Source: a virus. Taken from it: a stretch of 64,000 nucleotides of DNA. How positions within the stretch are numbered: the stretch's first letter is position 1; each line of letters opens with the position of its first letter. Shown in pieces: positions 1 to 9,136 of this stretch. Location: the IMG/VR virus record IMGVR_UViG_3300047462_000120; one strand, 5' to 3'. Position numbers and translations under genes: made by a program. The notes below the pieces were generated by a model. It was not told the DNA's origin. It made no database searches and worked only from the letters and a program-made list of their open reading frames with translations.

Positions 1-1278
1 CATACGCACACCGATGGCTACCGCCCGCGTCACCTTCGGCGCGGCCACAAGATGAATTAATTCGCCATCAGTCGCCGTTGATTTACCCAATTTGCGTTCG
101 TCGATAACTGGAGTGATCACCGTAACGGTAGACTCTCCTGTTTGGCGCGCATTGATTGCGACACTTTCCTCTTTGCTATCGAAGGCCGCGATGGACGCCA
201 ACGCCCATTGCACAAAGGGACTCGCCGCGCCAGTTTCGCCAAGGCGCAAACGGACATCGCAACCCATGCCGGGATCGAACACATCAAATTCGGGTAGGCT
301 GGAATTGATCACGTTGGACAGCGAAATAGTATTTCGCCCCCTTGAAGTGTCTCCAAGATCGTAAAATATTCTTGCAGGATTCCCCTCGCGCGTACATTTC
401 AATACTGCATCCATCCCCGCTTTTAACGTCTCTTGCTTCTCCTTTGAGCGCATTACTTGGGAGCCGTTTGCAGTATCAAAAGTCGGCCTGCCCTCGCTGT
501 CTTTGCAGTGGGCGACTCTTACCGGGCGATGGATGCGCGCGATAGTAGGAAGGCTTTCAAAATGCTGAATCTGTTGATCCGTCCAAGGCTCAAGTAGATA
601 CTTTGTTGGACTGAATCCTACGCCCCCGCCTGGGCGCGCTGAACGCATTGACTCTACCCGATCACGACGCGCAAGCAAAAGGGCCACAAATGACTCACTC
701 ATGCTACCGTACCGGCGCGGCCCATCACCGCAGTATGCTTTGCGGGTCAAGTCTCCAAGCATCGAACGCACTTGATCGCCATCCGAAACCAAGATCAGCA
801 ATGCTGGTACATTGACATTCCCATCAAAAAATTGAAACGAGCGCTCCAATATGTCTTCGGGATTGTCACTGAAAAAGGCTCCTAGTGATTTGACTTTATG
901 CTGGTGCAATCCAGCTAGGATTCGTAGATCATTTATGCGGTCATCGAAATAAGGATACCCATGGCTTGCCCCCGGCAAGCCTTTGACAGCCTTTGGATTT
1001 TCACAATACGGCCAGACAGAAATGCTCGGAATAGGCCATTGCTTCACGAATGCTTCCATTGCCGATTTAACTGCCTCCCTTGCTCGCGCGTCTGAAGCAG
1101 CTTCGCGTTCTCGCGCAACCATGGGAAAGGCGGTCGGATCAGCGGGAATGATCGCCCCGTCCAAATGCTGTTGCAGTTCGCCCAAAATCTGCGAGTGATC
1201 GAACATTTCAACATACAGACCAAGACCAAGCACGTCAATTGACGAAAGCGGATGAGACTGGGATTTTTCTGCGGTCAC
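1..1278 (-). CDS. T6SS effector adaptor, Tla3/DUF2875-like (runs off left edge; N-terminus may be truncated)
   Basis: Not in the ORF track because the stop lies outside the window. Manual translation from GTG 1278 gives an open frame to base 1 with Tla3-like motifs: DVLGLGLYV, WPIPS, ERSFQFFD..NVPALLILVSDGD, PWTDQQI..F..LP...RIHRPV, PARIFYD, RLGETGAASPFVQWALA. An in-frame TAA lies just upstream, and no N-terminal TM segment is seen. Confidence 0.8.
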   Translation of the reverse strand, partial: MTAEKSQSHPLSSIDVLGLGLYVEMFDHSQILGELQQHLDGAIIPADPTAFPMVAREREAASDARAREAVKSAMEAFVKQWPIPSISVWPYCENPKAVKGLPGASHGYPYFDDRINDLRILAGLHQHKVKSLGAFFSDNPEDILERSFQFFDGNVNVPALLILVSDGDQVRSMLGDLTRKAYCGDGPRRYGSMSESFVALLLARRDRVESMRSARPGGGVGFSPTKYLLEPWTDQQIQHFESLPTIARIHRPVRVAHCKDSEGRPTFDTANGSQVMRSKEKQETLKAGMDAVLKCTREGNPARIFYDLGDTSRGRNTISLSNVINSSLPEFDVFDPGMGCDVRLRLGETGAASPFVQWALASIAAFDSKEESVAINARQTGESTVTVITPVIDERKLGKSTATDGELIHLVAAPKVTRAVAIGVRM

Positions 1279-1384
1279 GATGGAAAAAAAAGGTGAGTCA
1301 AATTACTTTGTCGCAATCAAATACTCACCATGGCATCACAGTGAGATACATCACGTATTGTCAAATTCATCCTGGGCAATACAA

Positions 1385-2118
1385 TTATGGCAGCTTGTAA
1401 AACTTTCTCTTCTCACTCGCGGTCTTATTCGCTTCATCGACAAGTTGCGCAACCGACGCGAAATGATGCTGCAATTGTTCCCACATAAAGTTCGGCATGT
1501 TCACATACTGATTCGGCGACGCAACCAGAAATTTTCCGCATGCGGTGACCTTTTCCGGTGGGTCGTTGTCTTCTCCGAATTGGTGCGCACAAGTGTCATG
1601 CCCAAAAGCGATTTTTTCATTTCTGGTAGATTCAGGAAACAGGAAAGCGGCAGGTCGCGTTTCAGTTTCTTTATCGAACGGGAACTTTACAATCTTGCCG
1701 GTTTCGTCTAAATATCCAGCCCACCATGATCCATCATCGTTTTGTTGAGGGCCAGTAGACATCTTTAATATTTTCCGTTCACCTTTTTGGGACAGAGATA
1801 CCATATAGATAGGCCGATGTCTTTCGCTTGCTTCCCCGACGATATGCCCCGAACGGTCTTTCAATTTTACGATTCCATTTTCGGGTACACGGACTGCGTT
1901 ACCAAGAGGGTCAGGCTGAACGTCAACACCGTCCGGCTGTCCAAATAGAAAAAAACCGGGCCAAAATAGTCATCCGGAATCAAGAAAACGAGTGGTGGTG
2001 GCATAGTAACTTCCTTGTATTTTATGTAGCCGCCGTAACAGATTGCCAGCAGCGGCAAGAGCAGCCAGAGGTAGCGCGGCTTCAATCTCCAACTTCTTTT
2101 CATCATTTTCTTTACCAC
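1385..2118 (-). pseudogene. Frameshifted paralogue of the T6SS immunity-like gene 2444..3178
   Basis: ORFs 1867..2118 and 1385..1864 together align end to end with the 244-aa protein. The frame breaks at an A7 run (1949-1955), one base short relative to the intact copy (GTA TTC TTT CTA versus G TTTTTTT CTA). Confidence 0.85.
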
Positions 2119-2178
2119 TTATCTATAGTCAAATCATTCATATTTGTAGCTCATGTTTCGAGGCAATGTACATACTGA

Positions 2179-2373
2179 TCATTCCACTCGGTTTGCAGGA
2201 GTTTTCGCCTCCCACTTGTCTTTTTTCACGTCGTAGAAGTTTGGAGTGCGGCCTGTGTTCGGATCACGGTGCTGGTGAAAGTTGTTCCAAACTCCGCGCG
2301 AAGTCATTTCCGAAGGCCCATTGCGCCAACTCTGATGGAGTCTGAACCGTATCTGCTCAGGGTAAAAATACGA
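2179..2373 (-). pseudogene. Orphan 3' remnant of the T6SS effector
   Basis: Translates to SYFYPEQIRFRLHQSWRNGPSEMTSRGVWNNFHQHRDPNTGRTPNFYDVKKDKWEAKTPANRVE*, a close variant of the effector C-terminus (QIRFRLHQSWANGPSEMTTRDAWNDFHLHRDPNTGRTPNYYDVSKDRWKPHANRVE*). Confidence 0.9.
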
Positions 2374-2443
2374 ATTACGTTACTTGCCTTGGCGTTACGT
2401 GGCGATGCACTATGTACTGTTCGAGTCATTGTTTGAAATCCGG

Positions 2444-3178
2444 TTATGGCAGTTTGTAATATTTTCTTTTCTCACTGGCAGTTACGTTTGCCTCATCAAC
2501 GAGTTGCGAAACCGAATAAAAGTTATGCTGCAATTTGTCCCACATAAAATCGGGCGAGTTTACAAACTGGTTCGGTGATACAACCAAGAACTTTCCGCAG
2601 GCAGTGACTTTTTCAGGTGGGTCATCGGGTTCCCTAAACTGGTTCGCGCAAATGTCATGCTGCAAGACCATTTTCTCGTCTCTTGTGGAAACAGGAAAAA
2701 GAAATACGCTTGGAACCTTCTTTGTAGCTCGATCAAACGGAAATTTATTTACCTTTCCGTTTTCATCGATATATCCTGCCCACCAAGAGCCATCGTCGTT
2801 TTGTTGCTGACCAATGGACTCTTTCAGTATTTTCCGCTCACCAGTTTTAGACACAGATACCATATAAACGGCCCGATGACTCTCACTGGATTCTCCGACT
2901 AAATGTCCCGAACGGTCTTTCAACTTTACGATTCCATTTTCCGGTACACGCACAGCATTGCCCAGAGGGTCGCGCTGCACATCAACACCGTCCGGTTGTC
3001 CAAATAGAAAGAATACGGGGCCAAAATATTCATCCGGGATCAAAAATACGAGCGGTGGTGGCATTGTTATTTCCTTGTATTTTATGTAGCCGCCATAGCA
3101 AAGCGCCAGCAGCGGCAATAGCAGCAAAAGGTAGCGCCGATTCATTCTCCAACTTCTTTTCGTCATTTTCACTACCAC
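2444..3178 (-). CDS. Putative T6SS immunity protein, N-terminal TM anchor, DUF6843-like
   Basis: Directly downstream of the effector and duplicated. It has a basic N-terminus plus hydrophobic helix (RRYLLLLLPLLALCYGGY) and an FLIPDEYFGPVFFLFGQPDG motif reminiscent of DUF6843. Confidence 0.65.
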   Translation of the reverse strand: MVVKMTKRSWRMNRRYLLLLLPLLALCYGGYIKYKEITMPPPLVFLIPDEYFGPVFFLFGQPDGVDVQRDPLGNAVRVPENGIVKLKDRSGHLVGESSESHRAVYMVSVSKTGERKILKESIGQQQNDDGSWWAGYIDENGKVNKFPFDRATKKVPSVFLFPVSTRDEKMVLQHDICANQFREPDDPPEKVTACGKFLVVSPNQFVNSPDFMWDKLQHNFYSVSQLVDEANVTASEKRKYYKLP

Positions 3179-3243
3179 TTATCTTTAGCTAAATCATTCA
3201 GGTTTGCACTTCATATCGCATTTAGGCAGAATGAACGCGCAAG

Positions 3244-4470
3244 CTATTCCACGCGGTTCGCGTGGGGTTTCCACCTGTCTTTCGACACGTCATAATAGTT
3301 TGGAGTTCGGCCTGTGTTCGGGTCACGATGAAGGTGAAAGTCATTCCACGCATCGCGCGTAGTCATTTCCGATGGCCCATTTGCCCAACTCTGATGCAGT
3401 CTGAATCGTATCTGATCAATAGGAGTATAAGCAGACACGTACAGCGGCTTTGCAGTACTACTTCCATGTTTTGAAATATTTTCTTCCTTACCACAATCCC
3501 AAACGAACAAATCGGCTACAGTCGAGGGGAGAATTCCAATAGGGTCTAAATCAAGGCTATCCGGCTTCCTACCTGTCCTACAAAATTCTTGATGGCCGTT
3601 GGTAGGATAATCGTCTCGGTGTTCTGGCGGCCCGCCCAACACATGAGCAAACACCCATAATGTATCGCCAAAATTACCTTCCGCATCAATTTTGACGCGG
3701 ATCGCATTACCCCACATAAAACGATGATTTTCACCCGCCAAGTGTGTCGCAGGAGTACCAATGCGAACATGCGTACCCAGGAACAATTTATTTCCTGCCG
3801 CGTCCTTAATGAACCCTTCGCAATTTGGGAAGCCGTCACCATTCACCAGCGTAACAATGTCCATGTAACCGCTGACTCGTTCGACCCGAATGAACAACTC
3901 ACTAAATACATCCAAGGTCGGCACAAACGTCCAGTCGGTATGTTCCTGAACCCAACTGGATAGTGCAAACGCATGATTTTCCCCGCCATACCATGCGTCA
4001 ATCTGAACTTCCTTTTGACCGCCGTGCGGTGTGCGAACCATATCAGCGGCAAGTTTCCCTCTTGGTTTGTGCTTCTCGTTTGTGTAAGGCTCCTCGTGGC
4101 CGAAAGCACCCCAAGCTCTAGGCCCCGACTTTGAGGGATTGGATTCTTGCTTCAACTCCGCAACGGGATCATGTGCTAGGTCACCGCCCCTCGCAATATC
4201 AGTGTCGAACATATATCGCTGCCAGATACGCGATGTGACTGCATCCGCTGCTTTGTCATCACCGAAGTAACTTGGCCCCATCGAAAATCCACGATTGTCT
4301 CCATGAAAGCGGAACCCCCAGCCTTCAAACTGCGAATTCGGATGGAACGAGCGTACATTCACCTCATACTTCGCGAGTTTGACATATTTGATTGGCTTGA
4401 CGACGCCATCTGTTTGCTTTGCCGGAGTCGATTTAGTGACATGCAATGGTTTTGCGGTTGTGTCAGCCAT
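3244..4470 (-). CDS. Putative T6SS cargo effector (non-lipase; DUF3238-like motifs)
   Basis: Immediately downstream of vgrG with a strong RBS (AAGGAG) and followed by an immunity-like gene. Motifs RSFHP..FHGDNRGFS..TSRI and PTLDVF...GDGFPNCE. No GxSxG lipase motif seen. Confidence 0.65.
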   Translation of the reverse strand: MADTTAKPLHVTKSTPAKQTDGVVKPIKYVKLAKYEVNVRSFHPNSQFEGWGFRFHGDNRGFSMGPSYFGDDKAADAVTSRIWQRYMFDTDIARGGDLAHDPVAELKQESNPSKSGPRAWGAFGHEEPYTNEKHKPRGKLAADMVRTPHGGQKEVQIDAWYGGENHAFALSSWVQEHTDWTFVPTLDVFSELFIRVERVSGYMDIVTLVNGDGFPNCEGFIKDAAGNKLFLGTHVRIGTPATHLAGENHRFMWGNAIRVKIDAEGNFGDTLWVFAHVLGGPPEHRDDYPTNGHQEFCRTGRKPDSLDLDPIGILPSTVADLFVWDCGKEENISKHGSSTAKPLYVSAYTPIDQIRFRLHQSWANGPSEMTTRDAWNDFHLHRDPNTGRTPNYYDVSKDRWKPHANRVE

Positions 4471-4509
4471 GATTAATCTCCTTGGGGCCAGCCATGATTA
4501 ATCTCCTTG
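4464..4509. repeat. 21-bp direct repeat (period 25) duplicating the effector RBS and start codon at the vgrG 3' end
   Basis: CAGCCATGATTAATCTCCTTG occurs at 4464-4484 and 4489-4509. Confidence 0.95.
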
Positions 4510-7034
4510 TCGCCAACATAATACAGGTGCAGCTCGTCCTGTTTATCGTCCGTGTGTGCCAATTGTGTACGTCCTTCAGCTTCGGTTTTGCCTTCGACAT
4601 CCTCCCCCGTTGAAGGGCGATGAATTCGCATTGGCAGGTTCGGGATTTTTTCGCCGGTTGCTTGATCCTTGATATGAAAGTATTCGTTGTATGACTTCAC
4701 TTTCTGCGCGTTGAATTTGATCAATTCGTCGGTAAGAGATGTGGGGCCAGTGAGCGCATAATTTGCACCCTTTATGCTGACGCTTCCAGGGCAGTGAATA
4801 TCGATATTGCCACCCGATAGTTTGATATACGCGCCGCCAGAAGTCAGGGTCACGTGTTTGTCGGCAGATATCATCACATGCTCATTACTAGCGCTGATGA
4901 CGACACTCTTATCGGCAGAAATTTGCACGTCATCGTCTTGCGCCTGGATGATGTTCTTGTCCTTGTATGCGATGCTTTTAATTCCACCCGTTTTCGCGAA
5001 TTGGCTAATCCCTTCGCCAGCATTGATATTTACCTTTTGACCGGCTGTCAAATGCTGATTTTGTTGGGCAACGAGGTCGATATGCTGGCCGGTTGCAACT
5101 GATGTACTGAGTGGTGTCGCGAGTGCGATGCCTGCTGGCGAACTTACCGCAAATACCGGGTTGCCGCCGTTGTCACCCTTTTCGGAATTTGAACCATGCC
5201 CCAAGTCTTTGACAGCTTTACTGAGTTGCTCTTGCGGCTTCTGATCACTTGCGTTGCCTTGATTATCCGTCGCAAACTTATCAAGACTTTTTGCGATTTT
5301 TAACGCATCTTCAAGCGTCTTGATCAACTCGTCCCGCGAAAGCACTCCGCCAGCAGCATCCAATCGGCCATCTGTTGAAAGCAGCAGACCTTTATTCGCT
5401 CGCAACGCTCCCCATGCATCGGTGCGCAACTCAAATCCTTCACCGCGCGCTTCCGCAGCGCCATTTCGAGGATGCGTTAAATAGCCTAGATTTAATTGAG
5501 TTTTCTCATGTTCCGATTGCAGCTTGGAAGAAATTTGACCTGTTGTGTCGTCAAAAACCACTTGGTTGTAACGCGTGCCGCCGAATTCACGGCTCTTGAT
5601 ACCTGCCAAGGCGTGATTCGTCGGCAACGTGCCAAGCCCGCTGAATGGTGCCGGGGGGCGATTGGCATTGACCACTCTACCCGTAACGATAGGGTGCGCC
5701 GGATTGCCGTCCAAGAATGAAACAATCACCTCGTCACCGATTCTTGGCAACATCACTTCGCCGTAGCTATTCCCTGCCCAACTACTTGAGACACGAACCC
5801 ATTGCTCCCATCCGCCGTTGGGTGTTTCTCGATCCCACCATAGCCTGATTTTGACCTGGCCTAGATCATTGACCCAAATTTCTTGTCCAGCAGGGCCAAC
5901 GACGATTGCTGTCTGCGGCCCGTGTATGTAAGGCAGCGGTGTAACGCTTTTAGGTCTGTATTCAACTTTGCTTGAAACTGCTGTGAAGCTGGCGCGCCAT
6001 TCAGTATGTTCTCCTGCGGCTGTGACCCCAGGATTCTCTTTTAGAAAGGTCTGCGTGGCGAGGATTACTACCTGTTGATTGCAAGCGCGATCTGGATGCT
6101 TGCTTAACGTGAACCGAAGCCCTGATGCACCTAATGCAAGCGCACGGACATTACTGTCGGCCTCGATTGAAGCAAATTCTTGTTGCTGCTGATCCTGACG
6201 TAGCACGGAAATTTGATCACCTGATCGGTTGTCAGCATATTCCTGCTGACCCTGCCAATGGAACACTGGCAGATCGTCAAAATCGTGCTTCTTTGGTGGA
6301 TAAGTACCATGACTGACGGTCTGCAACCGAGCGGACGGGCCGCGATAATCGTAATCAGATGTGGAGTACGAACCAGACCTAATCGTTTGACCCGGCGTCC
6401 ATTGGTTGATAGTTTCCTCATCCGAAACGCCAATGCTTGCTTCCGCACGGAACGGAATCGAGTCATGCCCTGGCACTGCGCCAAACGAAGCTACTGATTT
6501 TGAAAGCACCAGTGTGTGGCTACCTTGCACGTGCGCGAATCGGTAACTGATTCCATGCGTCTCCATAAGCCTACATACAAATGCGAAATCCGACTCATTG
6601 TATTGCGCTACCAACGACAACTTTGGAAGGGATTCGCTGCCCTTCATCGAAATCGGGAACGGATAGTATCCTAGCACCGTCGATATAATTTCAAAGACCG
6701 ACTGGTTTTCAAAAATCTTGCAGTTGGCGCGATACTTCGAGAGCCATAGCCAGGGTACTAGCTTCGCTTCATACACAGTATGGCGATCATTTCGCTTTTT
6801 CCCAATCCGCTTAAAGTGCCCCACAACGGCATTCAAATAAACAGGGCTTCCAAATTGGTCAGTCACGCTAATCGTTACCGCTTTCCCGAGGAGAGAATTC
6901 GGCGCAATATCATCTTGAATTGAATGAGCAAGCAAGGTGTAGCTGAATAGCGTATTGATGCCTTCTTGACCCTCTAGTTGCCGAAAAACAAGAACGTCAT
7001 CGCCTAACGGCGTAGTCAAATTGGTGATGCGCAT
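4473..7034 (-). CDS. vgrG: Type VI secretion tip protein VgrG with DUF2345 region and C-terminal extension
   Basis: Canonical motifs: GQEGINTLFSYTL, QYNESDFAFVCRLME..GI, DYDYRGPS, GPQTAIVVGPAGQEI, WVRVSSSWAG..YG...LPRIGDEVIVSFLDGNP, GGAYIKLSGGNIDIHCPG. Confidence 0.97.
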   Translation of the reverse strand: MRITNLTTPLGDDVLVFRQLEGQEGINTLFSYTLLAHSIQDDIAPNSLLGKAVTISVTDQFGSPVYLNAVVGHFKRIGKKRNDRHTVYEAKLVPWLWLSKYRANCKIFENQSVFEIISTVLGYYPFPISMKGSESLPKLSLVAQYNESDFAFVCRLMETHGISYRFAHVQGSHTLVLSKSVASFGAVPGHDSIPFRAEASIGVSDEETINQWTPGQTIRSGSYSTSDYDYRGPSARLQTVSHGTYPPKKHDFDDLPVFHWQGQQEYADNRSGDQISVLRQDQQQQEFASIEADSNVRALALGASGLRFTLSKHPDRACNQQVVILATQTFLKENPGVTAAGEHTEWRASFTAVSSKVEYRPKSVTPLPYIHGPQTAIVVGPAGQEIWVNDLGQVKIRLWWDRETPNGGWEQWVRVSSSWAGNSYGEVMLPRIGDEVIVSFLDGNPAHPIVTGRVVNANRPPAPFSGLGTLPTNHALAGIKSREFGGTRYNQVVFDDTTGQISSKLQSEHEKTQLNLGYLTHPRNGAAEARGEGFELRTDAWGALRANKGLLLSTDGRLDAAGGVLSRDELIKTLEDALKIAKSLDKFATDNQGNASDQKPQEQLSKAVKDLGHGSNSEKGDNGGNPVFAVSSPAGIALATPLSTSVATGQHIDLVAQQNQHLTAGQKVNINAGEGISQFAKTGGIKSIAYKDKNIIQAQDDDVQISADKSVVISASNEHVMISADKHVTLTSGGAYIKLSGGNIDIHCPGSVSIKGANYALTGPTSLTDELIKFNAQKVKSYNEYFHIKDQATGEKIPNLPMRIHRPSTGEDVEGKTEAEGRTQLAHTDDKQDELHLYYVGDKEINHGWPQGD

Positions 7035-7070
7035 GGGTCAAATGAGTGAGTTGCCGAATGTTTAATATTG

Positions 7071-7466
7071 CTATAATAGCACGTTACTGTTTGTTAAAAA
7101 CGTGTCATTCCTACCAGTCACGCTTTTCCATTTGATAAGCTCGGTAAGCAGCGAGTCTGCGGGGCGCTGCCCCAACGTGGAGCGATATTTCGATCCATCT
7201 GCATTACGAACCTCATATCCTTTGTGCGTGGCTGAAAGCAACGTATCAAGAAAGATTGCCGCAAGAAATGTCGCATGCAGAGGATCAAGTCCAAGAATTT
7301 TTATTTTCGCGGGAAACAGTATGTCTACACGCGCATAGCAAAAGTGACTACCACTTTTATCTACAGGCTCGGGGTGGCTAATTTCCGCCTCGATCATTTT
7401 TGTAGTTCCGTCACTGAAGTTATACAGTTGCGTCGAAGTTTTTATGCCCGTAGGTTGGTCTATCAC
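7071..7466 (-). CDS. Hypothetical protein, DUF6968-like
   Basis: 131 aa, ATGA-type overlap with the upstream gene; pattern ISHPEP...FCYARV...ILGLDPLHATFLA. Confidence 0.55.
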   Translation of the reverse strand: MIDQPTGIKTSTQLYNFSDGTTKMIEAEISHPEPVDKSGSHFCYARVDILFPAKIKILGLDPLHATFLAAIFLDTLLSATHKGYEVRNADGSKYRSTLGQRPADSLLTELIKWKSVTGRNDTFLTNSNVLL

Positions 7467-7999
7467 TTTTCACCTCGATGTTTTTCTGCATAATCGATAG
7501 ATGCGAATGCATACGCCTCGAAAATTTCTGCAAGGCGCATATCAATCGCTCGCAGGGAATATTCGGTTGGAGAAGTGCTACTTGCGCCTGCCCGCTCAAC
7601 GTATGGAGTAACGTATTGTCCGTTCGACGTCACCATCGATATTTGCGTCGGCACTTTTTTATTGCCGACATACGTAACTGTCATTACTGCCGAATTCTGT
7701 CCCACTATCTGTGTGATCCTCTGCCCTCTATCGCGTGAAACTGTGTAGCCAAAGCCATTGTCTGCGGTTGCATATGCCAGCAGATTTTCACGAGAATATT
7801 TGTAGGCAACTCCAACTCCCGCTATCTGTGAGCGCACTAGCAGTCGATCTTTGTTGTAGGTAAGCTGAACTGTGTTTCCGTCTTCGTCTTGGCCGGATAC
7901 CACTATGTCATCGCCGGTATCAGCCCCAACTGGTGTAGCTAAGGTGTAGAACGTCATGCTCATTAACGCCACCAACACCATTTTTCTCGGTTTGATCAA
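7463..7999 (-). CDS. Secreted protein with YD/RHS-like repeats
   Basis: Signal-peptide-like N-terminus; repeated Y-x-Y/T-Y-N...R strands (LTYNKDRLL, YKYSRENLL, YTVSRDRGQRIT). Coupled to both neighbours. Confidence 0.55.
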   Translation of the reverse strand: MIKPRKMVLVALMSMTFYTLATPVGADTGDDIVVSGQDEDGNTVQLTYNKDRLLVRSQIAGVGVAYKYSRENLLAYATADNGFGYTVSRDRGQRITQIVGQNSAVMTVTYVGNKKVPTQISMVTSNGQYVTPYVERAGASSTSPTEYSLRAIDMRLAEIFEAYAFASIDYAEKHRGEK

Positions 8000-8349
8000 T
8001 CGCCACTCCCCAAATAATTGCAGTCATTTACACATATAAATTTCCTGCCCTGTCTGCGTTCGTCCAAAATTTTTCTCAAAACCACTTCTGCCATTTGAGC
8101 AAGTGCCGCGGCCTGGGCAATTGAATTCGGTAATTTTTCCCAGTCGTCGCACGCAACAGGATCGTCCAGCAATGCGTTAAGAATGCGCAGCCAGGTTTCC
8201 GCTCCCAGGTTACCTCCTGATTCAGCCGTTTTTTTAAACCGATCCCTCCATGCCTTCAAATATCGAAGTGAAAGCGGCTCATCCTTCGGCGCACGGTAAC
8301 TTGTTGGAACAATCCGAATAATTTCACGCGTCTCGCTCATTACATGCAC
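7996..8349 (-). CDS. Hypothetical protein
   Basis: 117-aa ORF in a coupled minus-strand run; start may be the third codon group (MSETRE). Confidence 0.55.
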   Translation of the reverse strand: MHVMSETREIIRIVPTSYRAPKDEPLSLRYLKAWRDRFKKTAESGGNLGAETWLRILNALLDDPVACDDWEKLPNSIAQAAALAQMAEVVLRKILDERRQGRKFICVNDCNYLGSGD

Positions 8350-8373
8350 GGCTCTGGCGACAACGGGTTTTGC

Positions 8374-8955
8374 TCAGATAAAGCGAGAGCGCATATAAGG
8401 CGAGCGCTCTGCCAAATCTCGAACTTGATCTGTGACACGAACGGTCGCTTTATCGGTGGAAGTTTTCGCGACTGCGCCACTGTACAGCGTGTATGTGGCG
8501 GAAACCTTGCTTCCTGTATTCGCTCTGAAAATTTCAATATCACCAGTTTCAGAAATGACGCAATCCAATCCTGCGGCTTTACAAAACCCCTTAACCATTT
8601 GGGCTATCGAAAGAGCGTTGCGAAAGTAGATTTTCGACGAAGGAAAAAAAGTGTCGGAGTACGGATTGCCCTTTATGTGAATGGATACGTCAGAGATGCT
8701 GCTTACGGCATCCTTCAAATCCTCCAAAGTGATATACGCCTCAAATGGTGGCTGGAAGATCACTTCTCCAAATTCCTTCGGTGTGGCCTGCCAAAATTTC
8801 GCACCATGTTCATTCGAGAAAATAAACTCCAACAGCATAGTTGGATTGATAAAGACAACTGGCATAGGCTTGTGGGGAGATGCAGTTGATTGGCAAGTTT
8901 GCGCGTCAAATATTCTGTGATCACCGATAAGCAAATCTTTTTTAATGTCATTCAT
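8374..8955 (-). CDS. Hypothetical protein
   Basis: 193-aa ORF with an AT-rich upstream region, first gene of the run leading to vgrG. Confidence 0.6.
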   Translation of the reverse strand: MNDIKKDLLIGDHRIFDAQTCQSTASPHKPMPVVFINPTMLLEFIFSNEHGAKFWQATPKEFGEVIFQPPFEAYITLEDLKDAVSSISDVSIHIKGNPYSDTFFPSSKIYFRNALSIAQMVKGFCKAAGLDCVISETGDIEIFRANTGSKVSATYTLYSGAVAKTSTDKATVRVTDQVRDLAERSPYMRSRFI

Positions 8956-9136
8956 AGAATTAAGATTTCTGTTATAGTTAAAATGAACCAGTCCCCATTT
9001 CTTTCGTGCTGCTTACCTACTTGAGTATTGGATTGTCAACTGCGAGACAGTCGAACAACAATGGGGTAAATTATTTGGAGCTTTTCAGTTTTTTTTGTAG
9101 ACTGGCAGGTTTCCCCATTTTTGCGACTGGGCTTTC

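Larger units (their letters stand above)
1385..3435. repeat. Diverged tandem duplication (period about 1.06 kb) of effector 3' end plus immunity gene
   Basis: 1385-2373 parallels 2444-3435, with offsets of 1059-1065 bp at matching landmarks. Confidence 0.9.

Noticed and set aside
8344-8889. 181-aa plus-strand ORF
   Set aside because: It lies antisense to 8374..8955, which fits the operon direction better.
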